Positions 20,312 through 29,860 of a stretch of DNA of 60,970 bases are shown here, piece by piece (within the stretch, counting starts at the first letter, position 1; the number at the start of each line of letters is the position of its first letter). The translations under genes were made by a program, and so were the position numbers. The stretch is from positions 1-60,970 of the forward strand of contig CAXMRQ010000036.1 of the NCBI GenBank assembly GCA_964196115.1. Reading direction: 5' to 3'. The notes below the pieces were generated by a model, which was not told the origin of the DNA, did no database searches, and worked only from the letters and a program-made list of their open reading frames with translations. Source of the stretch: an uncultured Gammaproteobacteria bacterium. Its GTDB lineage: Bacteria > Pseudomonadota > Gammaproteobacteria > GCA-001735895.

Positions 20312-21115
20312 ATGAGTAAATTATTGGCGAAGCCTGTTCACGCTCAACAGGTACATCACATCACGCCTGAAAGTGTTGGCTGGGTACACGTGGGGTTCGA
20401 GCTCTATGATCTTGAGGCCGGGCAAAGTCTGGTTTTGCAGCAGCCAGGACGTGAACTCTGTCTGGTTGTGCTTTCCGGAACGGTTAGCGTAAAGGTTGGT
20501 GAGCACCTTTGGAATGACGTCGGCGGGCGTGCCAGTGTTTTTGAGAATAAGGCGCCCGGGGCTATTTATGTGCCCGGGGGAACCAGTGCCGAGGTATCGG
20601 CCAGTTCGTCGGTGGAATTAGCCGTGTGCAGCGCTCCCGGAGAAGGGAAAAGTGGTCCAGCACGAATAATCGACAGTTCGAAAATGTCCCAGGAAGTCCG
20701 GGGTAAAGATACCAACACACGTTACGTGCGTAACATTTTGCCGGAATCCGAGCCAGCCGATAATCTGCTCGTCGTCGAGGTCATCACACCTTCCGGAAAC
20801 TGGTCTTCGTATCCACCCCACAAGCATGACCGGGATGCCTTGCCGCACGAGAGCAAACTTGAGGAAACCTATTATCATCGTCTCAATCCTGCGAGTGGTT
20901 ACGTGCACCAGCGGGTTTATACGGATGATCGCAGTCTGGATGAAACCCTGAGTGCGGAAGACCGCGACGTCGTGCTGGTGCCCGAAGGTTACCATCCAGT
21001 AGGCGTGCCTCACGGGTACACAAGTTATTACTTAAATGTCATGGCGGGACCGATTCGAGAGTGGCATTTTGCCAACGATCCGGCGCATGAATGGATTATT
21101 AAAAAAGAGATTTAG
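20312..21115 (+). CDS. iolB: 5-deoxy-glucuronate isomerase
   Basis: GNWSSYPPHKHD, LEETYYHR, VPEGYHP, YYLNVMAGP. Confidence 0.93.
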   Translation: MSKLLAKPVHAQQVHHITPESVGWVHVGFELYDLEAGQSLVLQQPGRELCLVVLSGTVSVKVGEHLWNDVGGRASVFENKAPGAIYVPGGTSAEVSASSSVELAVCSAPGEGKSGPARIIDSSKMSQEVRGKDTNTRYVRNILPESEPADNLLVVEVITPSGNWSSYPPHKHDRDALPHESKLEETYYHRLNPASGYVHQRVYTDDRSLDETLSAEDRDVVLVPEGYHPVGVPHGYTSYYLNVMAGPIREWHFANDPAHEWIIKKEI

Positions 21116-21120
21116 AACCG

Positions 21121-22020
21121 ATGAATTTGAAATTTGGCATGTCCCCTATTTCATGGACTAACGACGATCTGCCTCAGTTAGGCGGGGACACCTCGCTCGA
21201 AACCTGTTTACGCGAGACCCGTCAGGCCGGATATACCGGCACCGAACTCGGTGGAAAGTTTCCCAAGGACAAAGAGTCGCTGGGAAAGGTACTGGCCGAA
21301 CACGATCTCAAACTGGTATCGGGGTGGTATTCGGGTCTATTGCTAAATAATAATCTGCAAAACGAGCTCGAGCGAGTTAAACCCCAGCTCGAATTATATG
21401 CAGCCCTGGGTGCACCGGTGCTGGTCTATGGCGAAACCTGGAATACCGTACAAAACCGCCAGCATGAGCCATTAGCCAACAAACCGGTGGTGCCGGATTC
21501 TGAATTTGCTGCCTATGGTGAACGACTCACAGGACTGGCCGAGTACTGCGCCAGCCAGGGTGTGCCGCTGACTTTTCATCACCATATGGGCACAGGTGTG
21601 GAAACTGAACACGAGCTGGATTTAGCCATGGCGAATACCGGAGATGCAGTGGGTTTGTTGATCGATACCGGGCATCTTGTATTTGCTGGCGGTGACCTTC
21701 TTGCCGTTATTGAGCGTTACGGACATCGAGTCAACCACGTGCATGCAAAGGATGTTCGTTCAGAGGTGCTGCAAACCATTGATCGAGAAAAGGACTCTTT
21801 TCTGGATTGCGTGTTGAAGGGAGTTTTTACCGTACCCGGTGATGGCATGATCGATTACCACACGGTGATGCAGGCGCTCGCCGACAAAAATTACGAAGGT
21901 TGGATTATCGTCGAAGCTGAGCAGGATCCCGCCCTGGCTGACCCTTACGAGTACGCCTGCATCGGATACGATGCGCTCAAGCAAGCCGCTTTAGCCGCTA
22001 ACTACAATATTGTGCCATAG
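21121..22020 (+). CDS. iolE: Myo-inosose-2 dehydratase
   Basis: PISWTNDDLPQLG, HHHMGT, DTGH, HAKD, VEAEQDP. Confidence 0.95.
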   Translation: MNLKFGMSPISWTNDDLPQLGGDTSLETCLRETRQAGYTGTELGGKFPKDKESLGKVLAEHDLKLVSGWYSGLLLNNNLQNELERVKPQLELYAALGAPVLVYGETWNTVQNRQHEPLANKPVVPDSEFAAYGERLTGLAEYCASQGVPLTFHHHMGTGVETEHELDLAMANTGDAVGLLIDTGHLVFAGGDLLAVIERYGHRVNHVHAKDVRSEVLQTIDREKDSFLDCVLKGVFTVPGDGMIDYHTVMQALADKNYEGWIIVEAEQDPALADPYEYACIGYDALKQAALAANYNIVP

Positions 22021-22038
22021 GAGTCTGTCGGACTTAGG
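22018..22038 (+). repeat. Isolated end of MITE family A
   Basis: TAGGAGTCTGTCGGACTTAGG; includes the iolE TAG stop. Confidence 0.75.
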
Positions 22039-22045
22039 AATAATC

Positions 22046-23044
22046 ATGATAAATTTTGCCTTATTGGGTGCCGGTCGCATCGGTTCGATTCACGGTGGTA
22101 ATGTTGCCAGGCACCCGCATGCACGCTTAGCCGCATTACACGATCCGTTTCAAGCCAATGCAGACCGCCTTGCCACCGAACTCGGATGCGAGCAGATGAC
22201 ACCGCAACAGATTTTTGCCAGCGATGATATTCACGCTGTGCTGATATGTTCAGCAACAGACACCCATGCCGATCTCATTGAACAGGCTGTCGCGGCAGGA
22301 AAACATGTGTTTTGCGAAAAGCCGATAGACCTGTCGCTGCAACGAGTGCAACAGTGCCTGCAACGAGTTTCGCAAAGCGACAGTAAAACCATGGTTGCTT
22401 TTAATCGACGTTTCGATCCGAATTTTCAAATTCTGCAGCAGCAAATTGAAGCCGGTGACATCGGTGCGGTGGAACTGGTGAGTATCATTTCCAAGGATCC
22501 GGCGCCTCCTCCGGTCGAATATATCAAAGTCTCTGGAGGCCTGTTTCGCGACATGACCATCCACGATTTCGATATGGCTCGGTTCCTGTTAGGCGAAGAA
22601 GTGATAAGCGTCAACGCCATGGCTTCCTGTCTGGTAGATTCAGCAATTGGCGAAGCGGGCGATGTCGATACTGCCGTAATCACGCTGACCACCGCGAGCG
22701 GAAAACTGGCGCAGATTTCAAATAGCCGTCGTGCCAGTTTTGGTTATGACCAACGCATTGAGGTGCATGGCTCGGAAGGCATGCTGGTTGCGCAAAATGT
22801 GAATGAAAATACAGTCGTGGCGTATAATCAGGCCGGTGTTAGCAGCGCCAAACCATTACATTTTTTCCTCGAGCGCTATGAATCGGCCTACCGCACAGAA
22901 CTGGATAGCTTTGTACGATGCTTAATGGGTGAACAGGTAAGTCTGCCAACTATGAAAGATGGCCTACAGGCATTAATGCTGGCTGAAGCAGCTTTGTTGT
23001 CGCTACAGCATGGGCGTACTGTGAACCTGTCGGAACTAGACTGA
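22046..23044 (+). CDS. iolG: Inositol 2-dehydrogenase
   Basis: LLGAGRIG, CEKPID, AFNRRFDP, GGLFRDMTIHDFD; ATG at 22046 preferred over 22010. Confidence 0.92.
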   Translation: MINFALLGAGRIGSIHGGNVARHPHARLAALHDPFQANADRLATELGCEQMTPQQIFASDDIHAVLICSATDTHADLIEQAVAAGKHVFCEKPIDLSLQRVQQCLQRVSQSDSKTMVAFNRRFDPNFQILQQQIEAGDIGAVELVSIISKDPAPPPVEYIKVSGGLFRDMTIHDFDMARFLLGEEVISVNAMASCLVDSAIGEAGDVDTAVITLTTASGKLAQISNSRRASFGYDQRIEVHGSEGMLVAQNVNENTVVAYNQAGVSSAKPLHFFLERYESAYRTELDSFVRCLMGEQVSLPTMKDGLQALMLAEAALLSLQHGRTVNLSELD

Positions 23045-23047
23045 TAA

Positions 23048-24163
23048 GTGCCTGCTGTGTTGAAGGATTTTGTAGCCAGCCTGGAAAACCAATGTGAGTA
23101 TTCATTTGCCGCACGCATAGAGCAGCAGGTGCCAATTTATGATGGTGACTGGTTACGCCGGTTAGACACTGAGCAGATGCACGCTGTGCGTCGGGAATGG
23201 GCCGAGTGTTGGCTGCACGGTGCCGGCATTATCGCTATCTCGGCTTTTTACGCCGAGACTGGTACCGTCGAAGCTATGACCCGGTCAATGTTTCGCCTGC
23301 TGGAAATGGAGCAGCGCGATAAGAAGGCCACTGGCGACCATTTCGCCGGGCAAGGTGCTAACAAACGACTGTGGAATGCCCTGGAGAAAACTGCGGTGGA
23401 AGATCCACAGGCTTTCATCGACTATTATCAGAATCCTCTGCTAGGCGCCGTCTCAGAAGCCTGGTTGGGCCCGGGTTATCAGGTAACAGCGCAGGTTAAC
23501 CTGGTGCCTCCCGGAAGCCCGGCACAGGCGCCTCATCGAGATTATCACCTCGGGTTTCAAACCGATACTGAAGTAAAACGATATCCATTACATGTACAGA
23601 CCATGTCGCCTCTTTTAACCCTGCAGGGTGCAGTGGCACATGCGGATATGCCCGTCGAATCAGGTCCGACCCGCGTATTACCGCATTCCCAGCGATATGA
23701 ATTGGGCTTTCAGCTTTATCGGCAGGACGATTTTAAGACCTTATTCGAGGCGCAGGCTGTCCAGCTTCCGATGGCTCTGGGTGATGCGGCTTTTTTTAAT
23801 CCGGCATTAATGCACGGTGCAGGAGCCAATAACAGCGACGATGTTCAGCGTATAGCAAACCTGCTACAGATTTCCTCGCCTTTCGGTATTGCCATGGAGA
23901 CCATCGACCACGACAGAATCCAGTTGGCCTGTTATGACGCCCTGCAAAAGTCCCCACCGCAAGGTGAAGCACTGGAAGCCCTGACTACAGTCATCAGCGA
24001 CAGCTACCCATTTCCGACCAATCTGGATCGCGATGTACCGGATAACAGCCTGACACCTACCAGCAGTAAACAATTATTACTCAAAGCGCTTGATCAGAAA
24101 TTAGATAAAGCTAAATACAATAAGATGCTACAAGATTACCGTTGGTGTCGCCGTAGCGCTTAG
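23048..24163 (+). CDS. Phytanoyl-CoA dioxygenase (PhyH) family Fe(II)/2-oxoglutarate enzyme
   Basis: PHRDYH (HxD) plus distal MHGAG histidine; QVNLVPPG. Confidence 0.8.
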   Translation: MPAVLKDFVASLENQCEYSFAARIEQQVPIYDGDWLRRLDTEQMHAVRREWAECWLHGAGIIAISAFYAETGTVEAMTRSMFRLLEMEQRDKKATGDHFAGQGANKRLWNALEKTAVEDPQAFIDYYQNPLLGAVSEAWLGPGYQVTAQVNLVPPGSPAQAPHRDYHLGFQTDTEVKRYPLHVQTMSPLLTLQGAVAHADMPVESGPTRVLPHSQRYELGFQLYRQDDFKTLFEAQAVQLPMALGDAAFFNPALMHGAGANNSDDVQRIANLLQISSPFGIAMETIDHDRIQLACYDALQKSPPQGEALEALTTVISDSYPFPTNLDRDVPDNSLTPTSSKQLLLKALDQKLDKAKYNKMLQDYRWCRRSA

Positions 24164-25185
24164 GCTTCGTGTTTAATTACTGCCACCGCCTTCTCGGCCA
24201 GCGGTCTCACTAGCGCGCCGTATTCGACTGCGATAGCACTGGATGCATTGCCATCAAGCGCGCGCTTTTTCACGCCCTGAAGAATCGCGGCAAAGCGAAA
24301 AAAACCGAACGCCAGGTAGAACGGCCAGTTATCGATGCGATCTATCCCGCTGTGCTCGCAATATTGTTCAACGTATTCCGCTTCGGATGGGATTCCCAAT
24401 GCTACGCGGTCGATTCCATTCAGACCGCACAAATACTCGCCCTGATCCATACGCAACTGCATACACTGGTAAGCCAGGTCAGCGAGCGGATGCCCGAGCG
24501 TCGACAGCTCCCAGTCCAGTAGTGCGGCCATGCAAGGTTCGTCTGGTTTGAAAATCATGTTGTCGAGTCGATAATCGCCATGCACCAGCGCAACCTTGCC
24601 ATCATCGTCAGGCAGGTTGTCGGGTAACCAGTCGATGATATAGTCTATTTCCGTAATGATTTCGGTTTTTGAGGCAATATACTGCTGCGTCCACCGATTG
24701 ATCTGGCGCGCGAAATAATCTCCTGGCTTGCCGAAATCGGAAAGACCGGCAGCATCAATATCGACCTGATGCAATACAGCGAGCACCCGACACATCTCCA
24801 TATATATTTCGCGCCGCTCGATTGCTGATAATTCGGGTAAAGCTGGATCCCAGTAGATTGAACCTTTGACATACTCCATAACGAAAAACACGCTGCCGAT
24901 AATCGACTCGTCACTACACAGGTGTAACATTTTCGCGACCGGCACATCGGTTGCGTATAAAGCCTGCATCACCCTGAATTCACGTTCCACCGCATGCGCC
25001 GATTTCAATAGTTGACCCGGGGGCTTGCGGCGTAATACGTATTCAGCGGTGGCGGTTTTGAGCAAATAGGTGGGGTTGGACTGACCGTCGGAGAACTTTT
25101 GAGACGTGATTAACCCGTCGAATCCCGGAATCGTATCACCCAGATAAACGGCAAGTGCCGCATCGTCGAGCGCGAGGGAGCCCAT
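24160..25185 (-). CDS. APH-family phosphotransferase (ACAD10/11 kinase-like)
   Basis: FSDGQSNPTY, HAVEREF, HGDYRLDN, LDWELSTLGHP; ATG at 25185 preferred. Confidence 0.88.
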   Translation of the reverse strand: MGSLALDDAALAVYLGDTIPGFDGLITSQKFSDGQSNPTYLLKTATAEYVLRRKPPGQLLKSAHAVEREFRVMQALYATDVPVAKMLHLCSDESIIGSVFFVMEYVKGSIYWDPALPELSAIERREIYMEMCRVLAVLHQVDIDAAGLSDFGKPGDYFARQINRWTQQYIASKTEIITEIDYIIDWLPDNLPDDDGKVALVHGDYRLDNMIFKPDEPCMAALLDWELSTLGHPLADLAYQCMQLRMDQGEYLCGLNGIDRVALGIPSEAEYVEQYCEHSGIDRIDNWPFYLAFGFFRFAAILQGVKKRALDGNASSAIAVEYGALVRPLAEKAVAVIKHEA

Positions 25186-25355
25186 AAACCTAGGAAACGC
25201 AGCTGGGCGTGAAAAAGACACGTGAGATATTGGTGTGCATAGTGAAATCAAATAATTCGTAGTCACCTTATTGGTGATGAGAAGTTATTTGGTTTTACTA
25301 GGTGCGTCAAGAGCTCGCGTGGACTTTCGCGATCCAACTGCGTTTTCTAGGTTTA
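25185..25355. mobile_element. MITE-like element, family C, TA-flanked
   Basis: 21-bp terminal IR with 2 mismatches (AAACCTAG(G/A)AAACGCAG(C/T)TGG), TA at both ends; fills the whole ACAD/APH intergenic gap. Confidence 0.75.
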
Positions 25356-26585
25356 GACACGATCACTACCGGCATAGCGTTGAATTACCTGTTTACCCAG
25401 CGCCATCAGATGAACTTGATCCGGCCCGTCAGCCTGTCGACACCAGCGTGCATAATTGAATGCCTCAGCCATAAAATAATCACTGGTCAACCCGCCCGCA
25501 CCGTGCATTTGCATGCAGCGGTCGATTATCGTCTGCACCATAAGCGGCACACTGGTTTTGCAGGCAGCGATCATATCGCGTGCGTCCTGCGCGCCGACCC
25601 GATCCATCTTGCAACAGGTATTCAGCACCAACAGCCGGGCCATCTCGATTTCCGAAAACGAACGCGCAATACCTTCACGGATCGACTGATGCTGACTCAA
25701 TTTGCGGCCGAAAGTAGAACGCCTTTCTACGCGCTCACAGGCCAGTTCCAACGCCCTCTGCGCTGCACCCACCAGCCGCATACAATGATGCATACGACCC
25801 GGCCCGAGTCGGCCCTGTGCAATTTCGAACCCCCTGCCCTCTCCGAGCAGGACATAATCCAGCGGTACGCGCACATTCTCAAAATTCACCTCGGCGTGAC
25901 CGACTGGCGCATCATCATATCCGAGTGTGGTCAAGGACCGAACCAGTGTGACACCGGGCGTGTCCCTGGGTACCAGTACCTGGGTTTGCTGTTTATGCCG
26001 GTTAGAGTTGTCGGGATCCGATTTACCCATGACGATAAAAATTCGCGTGCGCGAATTCATCGCGCCGGTGATAAACCACTTGCGACCGTTCAACACCCAT
26101 TGATCACCATCGCGCTCGATTCGCGTCTCGATATTGGTGGCGTCACTGGAAGCCACCTGTGGTTCAGTCATCGCATAAGAGGAGCGAATTTCGCCATTCA
26201 ATAGCGGCGTCAACCAGGTATTTTGTTGCTCCGGCGTGGCGTATTTCATAAACACCTCCATATTGCCGGTGTCGGGTGCGCTACAGTTGAATACCTCGGC
26301 CGACCACAACACCCGCCCCATCATTTCAGCCAATGGTGCATAGGCAAAATTGCTGAGCCCGCCTATATCGCTGAAACTGGCATGTTCAAGCGGGATAAAC
26401 AGATTCCACAGGCCCTCAGATCGAGCTAGTCCTTTGAGTTCTTCAACTAGAGGCAAGGGCGCGAAGCGCTCGCTTGCGGATTCCAACTGCTGCGCATGAA
26501 GCAACTCGCTGGGATAGATATGCCGATCCATAAACGCCTTCAACCGGGTCAGCATATCTAACGATTTTTCACTGTGTTCAAACAT
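25353..26585 (-). CDS. Acyl-CoA dehydrogenase (ACAD11-like)
   Basis: FNCSAPDTGNME, AMTEPQVASSDA, QGRLGPGRMHH, QMHGAGG, DGPDQVH. Confidence 0.92.
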   Translation of the reverse strand: MFEHSEKSLDMLTRLKAFMDRHIYPSELLHAQQLESASERFAPLPLVEELKGLARSEGLWNLFIPLEHASFSDIGGLSNFAYAPLAEMMGRVLWSAEVFNCSAPDTGNMEVFMKYATPEQQNTWLTPLLNGEIRSSYAMTEPQVASSDATNIETRIERDGDQWVLNGRKWFITGAMNSRTRIFIVMGKSDPDNSNRHKQQTQVLVPRDTPGVTLVRSLTTLGYDDAPVGHAEVNFENVRVPLDYVLLGEGRGFEIAQGRLGPGRMHHCMRLVGAAQRALELACERVERRSTFGRKLSQHQSIREGIARSFSEIEMARLLVLNTCCKMDRVGAQDARDMIAACKTSVPLMVQTIIDRCMQMHGAGGLTSDYFMAEAFNYARWCRQADGPDQVHLMALGKQVIQRYAGSDRV

Positions 26586-26856
26586 CAGCAATTCCAATGA
26601 AACGAAGCACTTCCATTTTCTGGATTGGCTCACGCATTGCAAGTCTCTGTTGGATAAATTTCAGTAAAGTCGCGATAATATAAATATTGAACGGTATCAA
26701 TTAGGATAATCATTGTGAAACACTAGAATGCCGAAAAACTTGAATCTGGGCTAGCATTCATTCGCAATCTTCGAAGAATCGTGAGGTTTTTGGCGGACGA
26801 ACAACTTTTCACGGATCTGGATTTAGCCCTACAGAACCTGCCACCCGGTAATACTT

Positions 26857-27300
26857 ATGCCACCAGAAACTCCACACAAGCGTGAAGACTACTTTTATTA
26901 CATGCCGATTCAAACCCGCCGGGGCGATAACGACTCTTATGGCCACGTGAATAATGTTATTTACTATTCCTATTTCGACACCATCGTCAACGCCTTCCTG
27001 ATCAATGAAGGAAAACTGGATATACACAATGATCCGGTGATTGGTTATATCGTCAACAGCTCGTGTAATTATCTGAAGGGTTTATCATTTCCGGATCAAC
27101 TCGAAGGTGGATTCAGGATAAACCGCCTCGGTAATAGTTCGGTCGAATATGGTATTGCGATTTTCAAGCAGCGCGAGGACGATCCCTGTGCCTACGGTAG
27201 TTTCACTCATGTTTTTGTCGACCGAAACTCAGAAAAATCGCAACCGATCCCAGAAAAACTTAGAATCGCGTTGTCACGAAATCTGCTGCAAGAAAACTAG
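26857..27300 (+). CDS. Acyl-CoA thioesterase (4HBT/hot-dog fold)
   Basis: DNDSYGHVNNVIYYSYFD motif. Confidence 0.85.
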   Translation: MPPETPHKREDYFYYMPIQTRRGDNDSYGHVNNVIYYSYFDTIVNAFLINEGKLDIHNDPVIGYIVNSSCNYLKGLSFPDQLEGGFRINRLGNSSVEYGIAIFKQREDDPCAYGSFTHVFVDRNSEKSQPIPEKLRIALSRNLLQEN

Positions 27301-27312
27301 CTCGAAGATAAA

Positions 27313-27333
27313 AGGGGCCGCGAAGCGGCCCCT
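27313..27333. terminator. Intrinsic terminator hairpin between convergent thioesterases
   Basis: Perfect 9-bp stem AGGGGCCGC-GAA-GCGGCCCCT with an A-tract on the left. Confidence 0.65.
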
Positions 27334-27447
27334 CAGCGAGGCCTACACTCATCTCGTAAGGTGGGTTCGGTTCCGCTGCTTGAATTATACCAGAATCCGT
27401 CGATTCAGGGCGAATGTAGAGCGTCGAAAAGAACTCATTATTCCTGC

Positions 27448-27870
27448 TTATTCGCTTAACTGGGCTTCTAAAGCTTCTCTGATCGCCGGTGGCATCTGGG
27501 TCGATTTTCTCGTCTTCGGGTCGAAGAAAACCTCTGCCGTTTCATAGGTAGCGTGCACCGCCATTGTGTCCACATGCAGCATACGTTCGGTGAAGGTACA
27601 GCTTTTGCCACCTACCCGCGTCAACAGACTGTCAACAATAATTAAATCACCGGCAACCAGTTCCTGCTGAAACTGTACAGTGGCTGACGCTGTTACCGTA
27701 TGAACACCCAGTTCATCCAGCATTTTCTGATGGCTACCCCAGTAAAGCGGCCAGAGATGAAATGCGGCATCATCGAAAAAGTGGCTGTACCAGCGCACGT
27801 TCATGTGCCCAAAGGCGTCACAGTACCAGGGGTGGATAACACCACGAAGGACTTCAATTGGTTTTGCCAT
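27448..27870 (-). CDS. Acyl-CoA thioesterase (YbgC/FadM-like)
   Basis: CDAFGHMNVRWY motif. Confidence 0.82.
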   Translation of the reverse strand: MAKPIEVLRGVIHPWYCDAFGHMNVRWYSHFFDDAAFHLWPLYWGSHQKMLDELGVHTVTASATVQFQQELVAGDLIIVDSLLTRVGGKSCTFTERMLHVDTMAVHATYETAEVFFDPKTRKSTQMPPAIREALEAQLSE

Positions 27871-28071
27871 AATTCGCCTTCAATATTTTAAGTGGACGTA
27901 ATCGTAAGTTGACAATTGATTATAAAATAAAATGACATCTAATTGACAATATACTGGCTTTTCAAAATATTAAATCAAGCTGTGATTCTGTTAAACCTAT
28001 CCAGTCATAGCGAAATAAAGCGGAAATTAGTAAACTACTTTTGGAATTTAAACAAACCTGGGGGAAAAATC

Positions 28072-28335
28072 ATGGCTGCTGGCTGGTCCCGAGACGGGGC
28101 GGTACAGGATCAAATAGATGCGAGCGTGGAAGATGCAGTTCAACTGGCTCGAAGCCGTCTGCCCAGCGGCGAAAGCTTGCCTAACTGCGAAGAATGCGAC
28201 GCCACAATTCCCCCGGCACGTCGCGAAGCAATCCCCGGTGTGCGTCTTTGTGTTCAGTGCCAGAGCGAACTAGACGAACAGCAGCGTCTTGGCGGCTTTA
28301 ATCGTCGTGGCAGTAAAGACAGTCAATTGCGATGA
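28072..28335 (+). CDS. ybiI: DksA/TraR family C4 zinc-finger protein
   Basis: MAAGWSRDGAVQDQID...CEEC...CVQC...FNRRGSKDSQLR; ATG after GGGG. Confidence 0.9.
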   Translation: MAAGWSRDGAVQDQIDASVEDAVQLARSRLPSGESLPNCEECDATIPPARREAIPGVRLCVQCQSELDEQQRLGGFNRRGSKDSQLR

Positions 28336-28340
28336 TCCCA

Positions 28341-29519
28341 TTAATCAAAATGCGCGCCGCAAACCCTGGCCAGGTAACGGGTGAACTGCCAGAGATTTCG
28401 TTCTATTGGATGGTAGGTGCCTTCAGGTAAAATAGGTGATCCGCTGCCACGATGCAGTGCTTCGACTAACTCCTTGTCTTCCCCATTAGCAACTTCCATA
28501 TAGGTTTTAAAATCTTTCACCCAGTCGTCGTAGCCAGCTACCGCTATATCATCCAGCACCTCCGGTGGCACCGCTACACTCCAGGTTGCCTGCATGCGGT
28601 CAGTGCCTAGCGGTTGTACCGAAATATACCAGAGATAATCGGGCATTAAGGTCACCAGGTGGCAGGGAAAGATACAGAAATCGACCATCATTCGACGCCA
28701 TTCACCCTGCAGGCGTTCATTCTTCGGATGCGCGGCGCCGGGCCCGCTATCGTCGGGTTGGGCGGCTCGGTGATAGCCATAATAATCACTGTCCTCACCG
28801 CAACTATAATCCTCTAACGGCTTATCGTGCCTGGCGAAGGTTTTACGATGTGCGAACGGGACGTGATAGCTCTCGGTAAAGTTTTCGATCAGATTTTTCC
28901 AGTTGGCGGGCCAGACCATGTTTTCACGCATAATGGTTTGGTAGCAACTCATGTCGAAACGGCCGACGATTTGATCGCGAAACGTCGTTAATACTTTATT
29001 CAGACTAGTTTCAGGATTATCGGCGAGCGATACATAAATAAACCCCTCCCAGACCTCCGAGTGCAACGCGCGCAGGTGGATCGACGATGGGTCGAAACCC
29101 GCTTTCATTTCCATCTTCGGCGCTCGAATCAACTGTCCCATACAATCGTAACTCCAAGCGTGATAGCGACAGGTAAATCGCTTAGCGGAACCTTTTTCAT
29201 CTGGCATCAAACAGGCAAATCGATGCGCACAGGCATTTACAAAAGTACCGATCTGCCCATCTTTTTGTCGCACAACGAGTACCGGCACCCCGGCAATATC
29301 ATGCGTTAAATAGTCACCATGTTCAGCAATTTCATCGACACGACCGACGCAAACCCATTCCCGCATGAAAACAGAATCATGCTCATGATCGAGAAATTCA
29401 CGCGAATGATTCACCGCAGCCGGAATCGGCCTGGCTTCGTCAAATGGAAGCGCCGCAGCAGCCTGCAGTTTCGCTAAAACAGTTGCTAATGGTATGTGCG
29501 TATTGGGATTGCCTGTCAT
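28341..29519 (-). CDS. Rieske non-heme iron oxygenase alpha subunit (choline monooxygenase-like)
   Basis: CAHR...CRYH Rieske motif; ENFTESYHVPFAH and ED mononuclear iron ligands. Confidence 0.88.
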   Translation of the reverse strand: MTGNPNTHIPLATVLAKLQAAAALPFDEARPIPAAVNHSREFLDHEHDSVFMREWVCVGRVDEIAEHGDYLTHDIAGVPVLVVRQKDGQIGTFVNACAHRFACLMPDEKGSAKRFTCRYHAWSYDCMGQLIRAPKMEMKAGFDPSSIHLRALHSEVWEGFIYVSLADNPETSLNKVLTTFRDQIVGRFDMSCYQTIMRENMVWPANWKNLIENFTESYHVPFAHRKTFARHDKPLEDYSCGEDSDYYGYHRAAQPDDSGPGAAHPKNERLQGEWRRMMVDFCIFPCHLVTLMPDYLWYISVQPLGTDRMQATWSVAVPPEVLDDIAVAGYDDWVKDFKTYMEVANGEDKELVEALHRGSGSPILPEGTYHPIERNLWQFTRYLARVCGAHFD

Positions 29520-29576
29520 GATCGTGAACTATAACCCTGGCCCGGTATGTTTGCTCTATATTCGATTATATTTGCT

Positions 29577-29743
29577 TAACCCGGAAATTTCTCAAATCTG
29601 CGCAAAGATCACGCAGTAAATTGATTTCACAAGGAAATATCCGAAGAAGTCTCGTATCAATGATTCCGAGCGACTGAGGAACTAGTTCTTGTTGAATCAA
29701 TAGACAAGTGAGATTGTGCATGATTTATGAATTTTCCGGGTTA
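29577..29743 (+). mobile_element. MITE-like element, family D, copy 1 (167 bp, TA ends)
   Basis: TAACCCGGAAA...TTTCCGGGTTA termini; about 90% identical by hand count to the reverse complement of 31561-31727. Confidence 0.85.
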
Positions 29744-29860
29744 TTAAGGATGAAACAAAATATCAGTTAAGATTTAATTCCATACTACGGCGACCCTATA
29801 ATAGTGCTATAAATAACGCCCTCAGATAGTATTCACCCGATCAGTAATGATTTATCTGGA

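Noticed and set aside
25302-26204. 300-aa plus-strand ORF
   Set aside because: Antisense shadow of the acyl-CoA dehydrogenase
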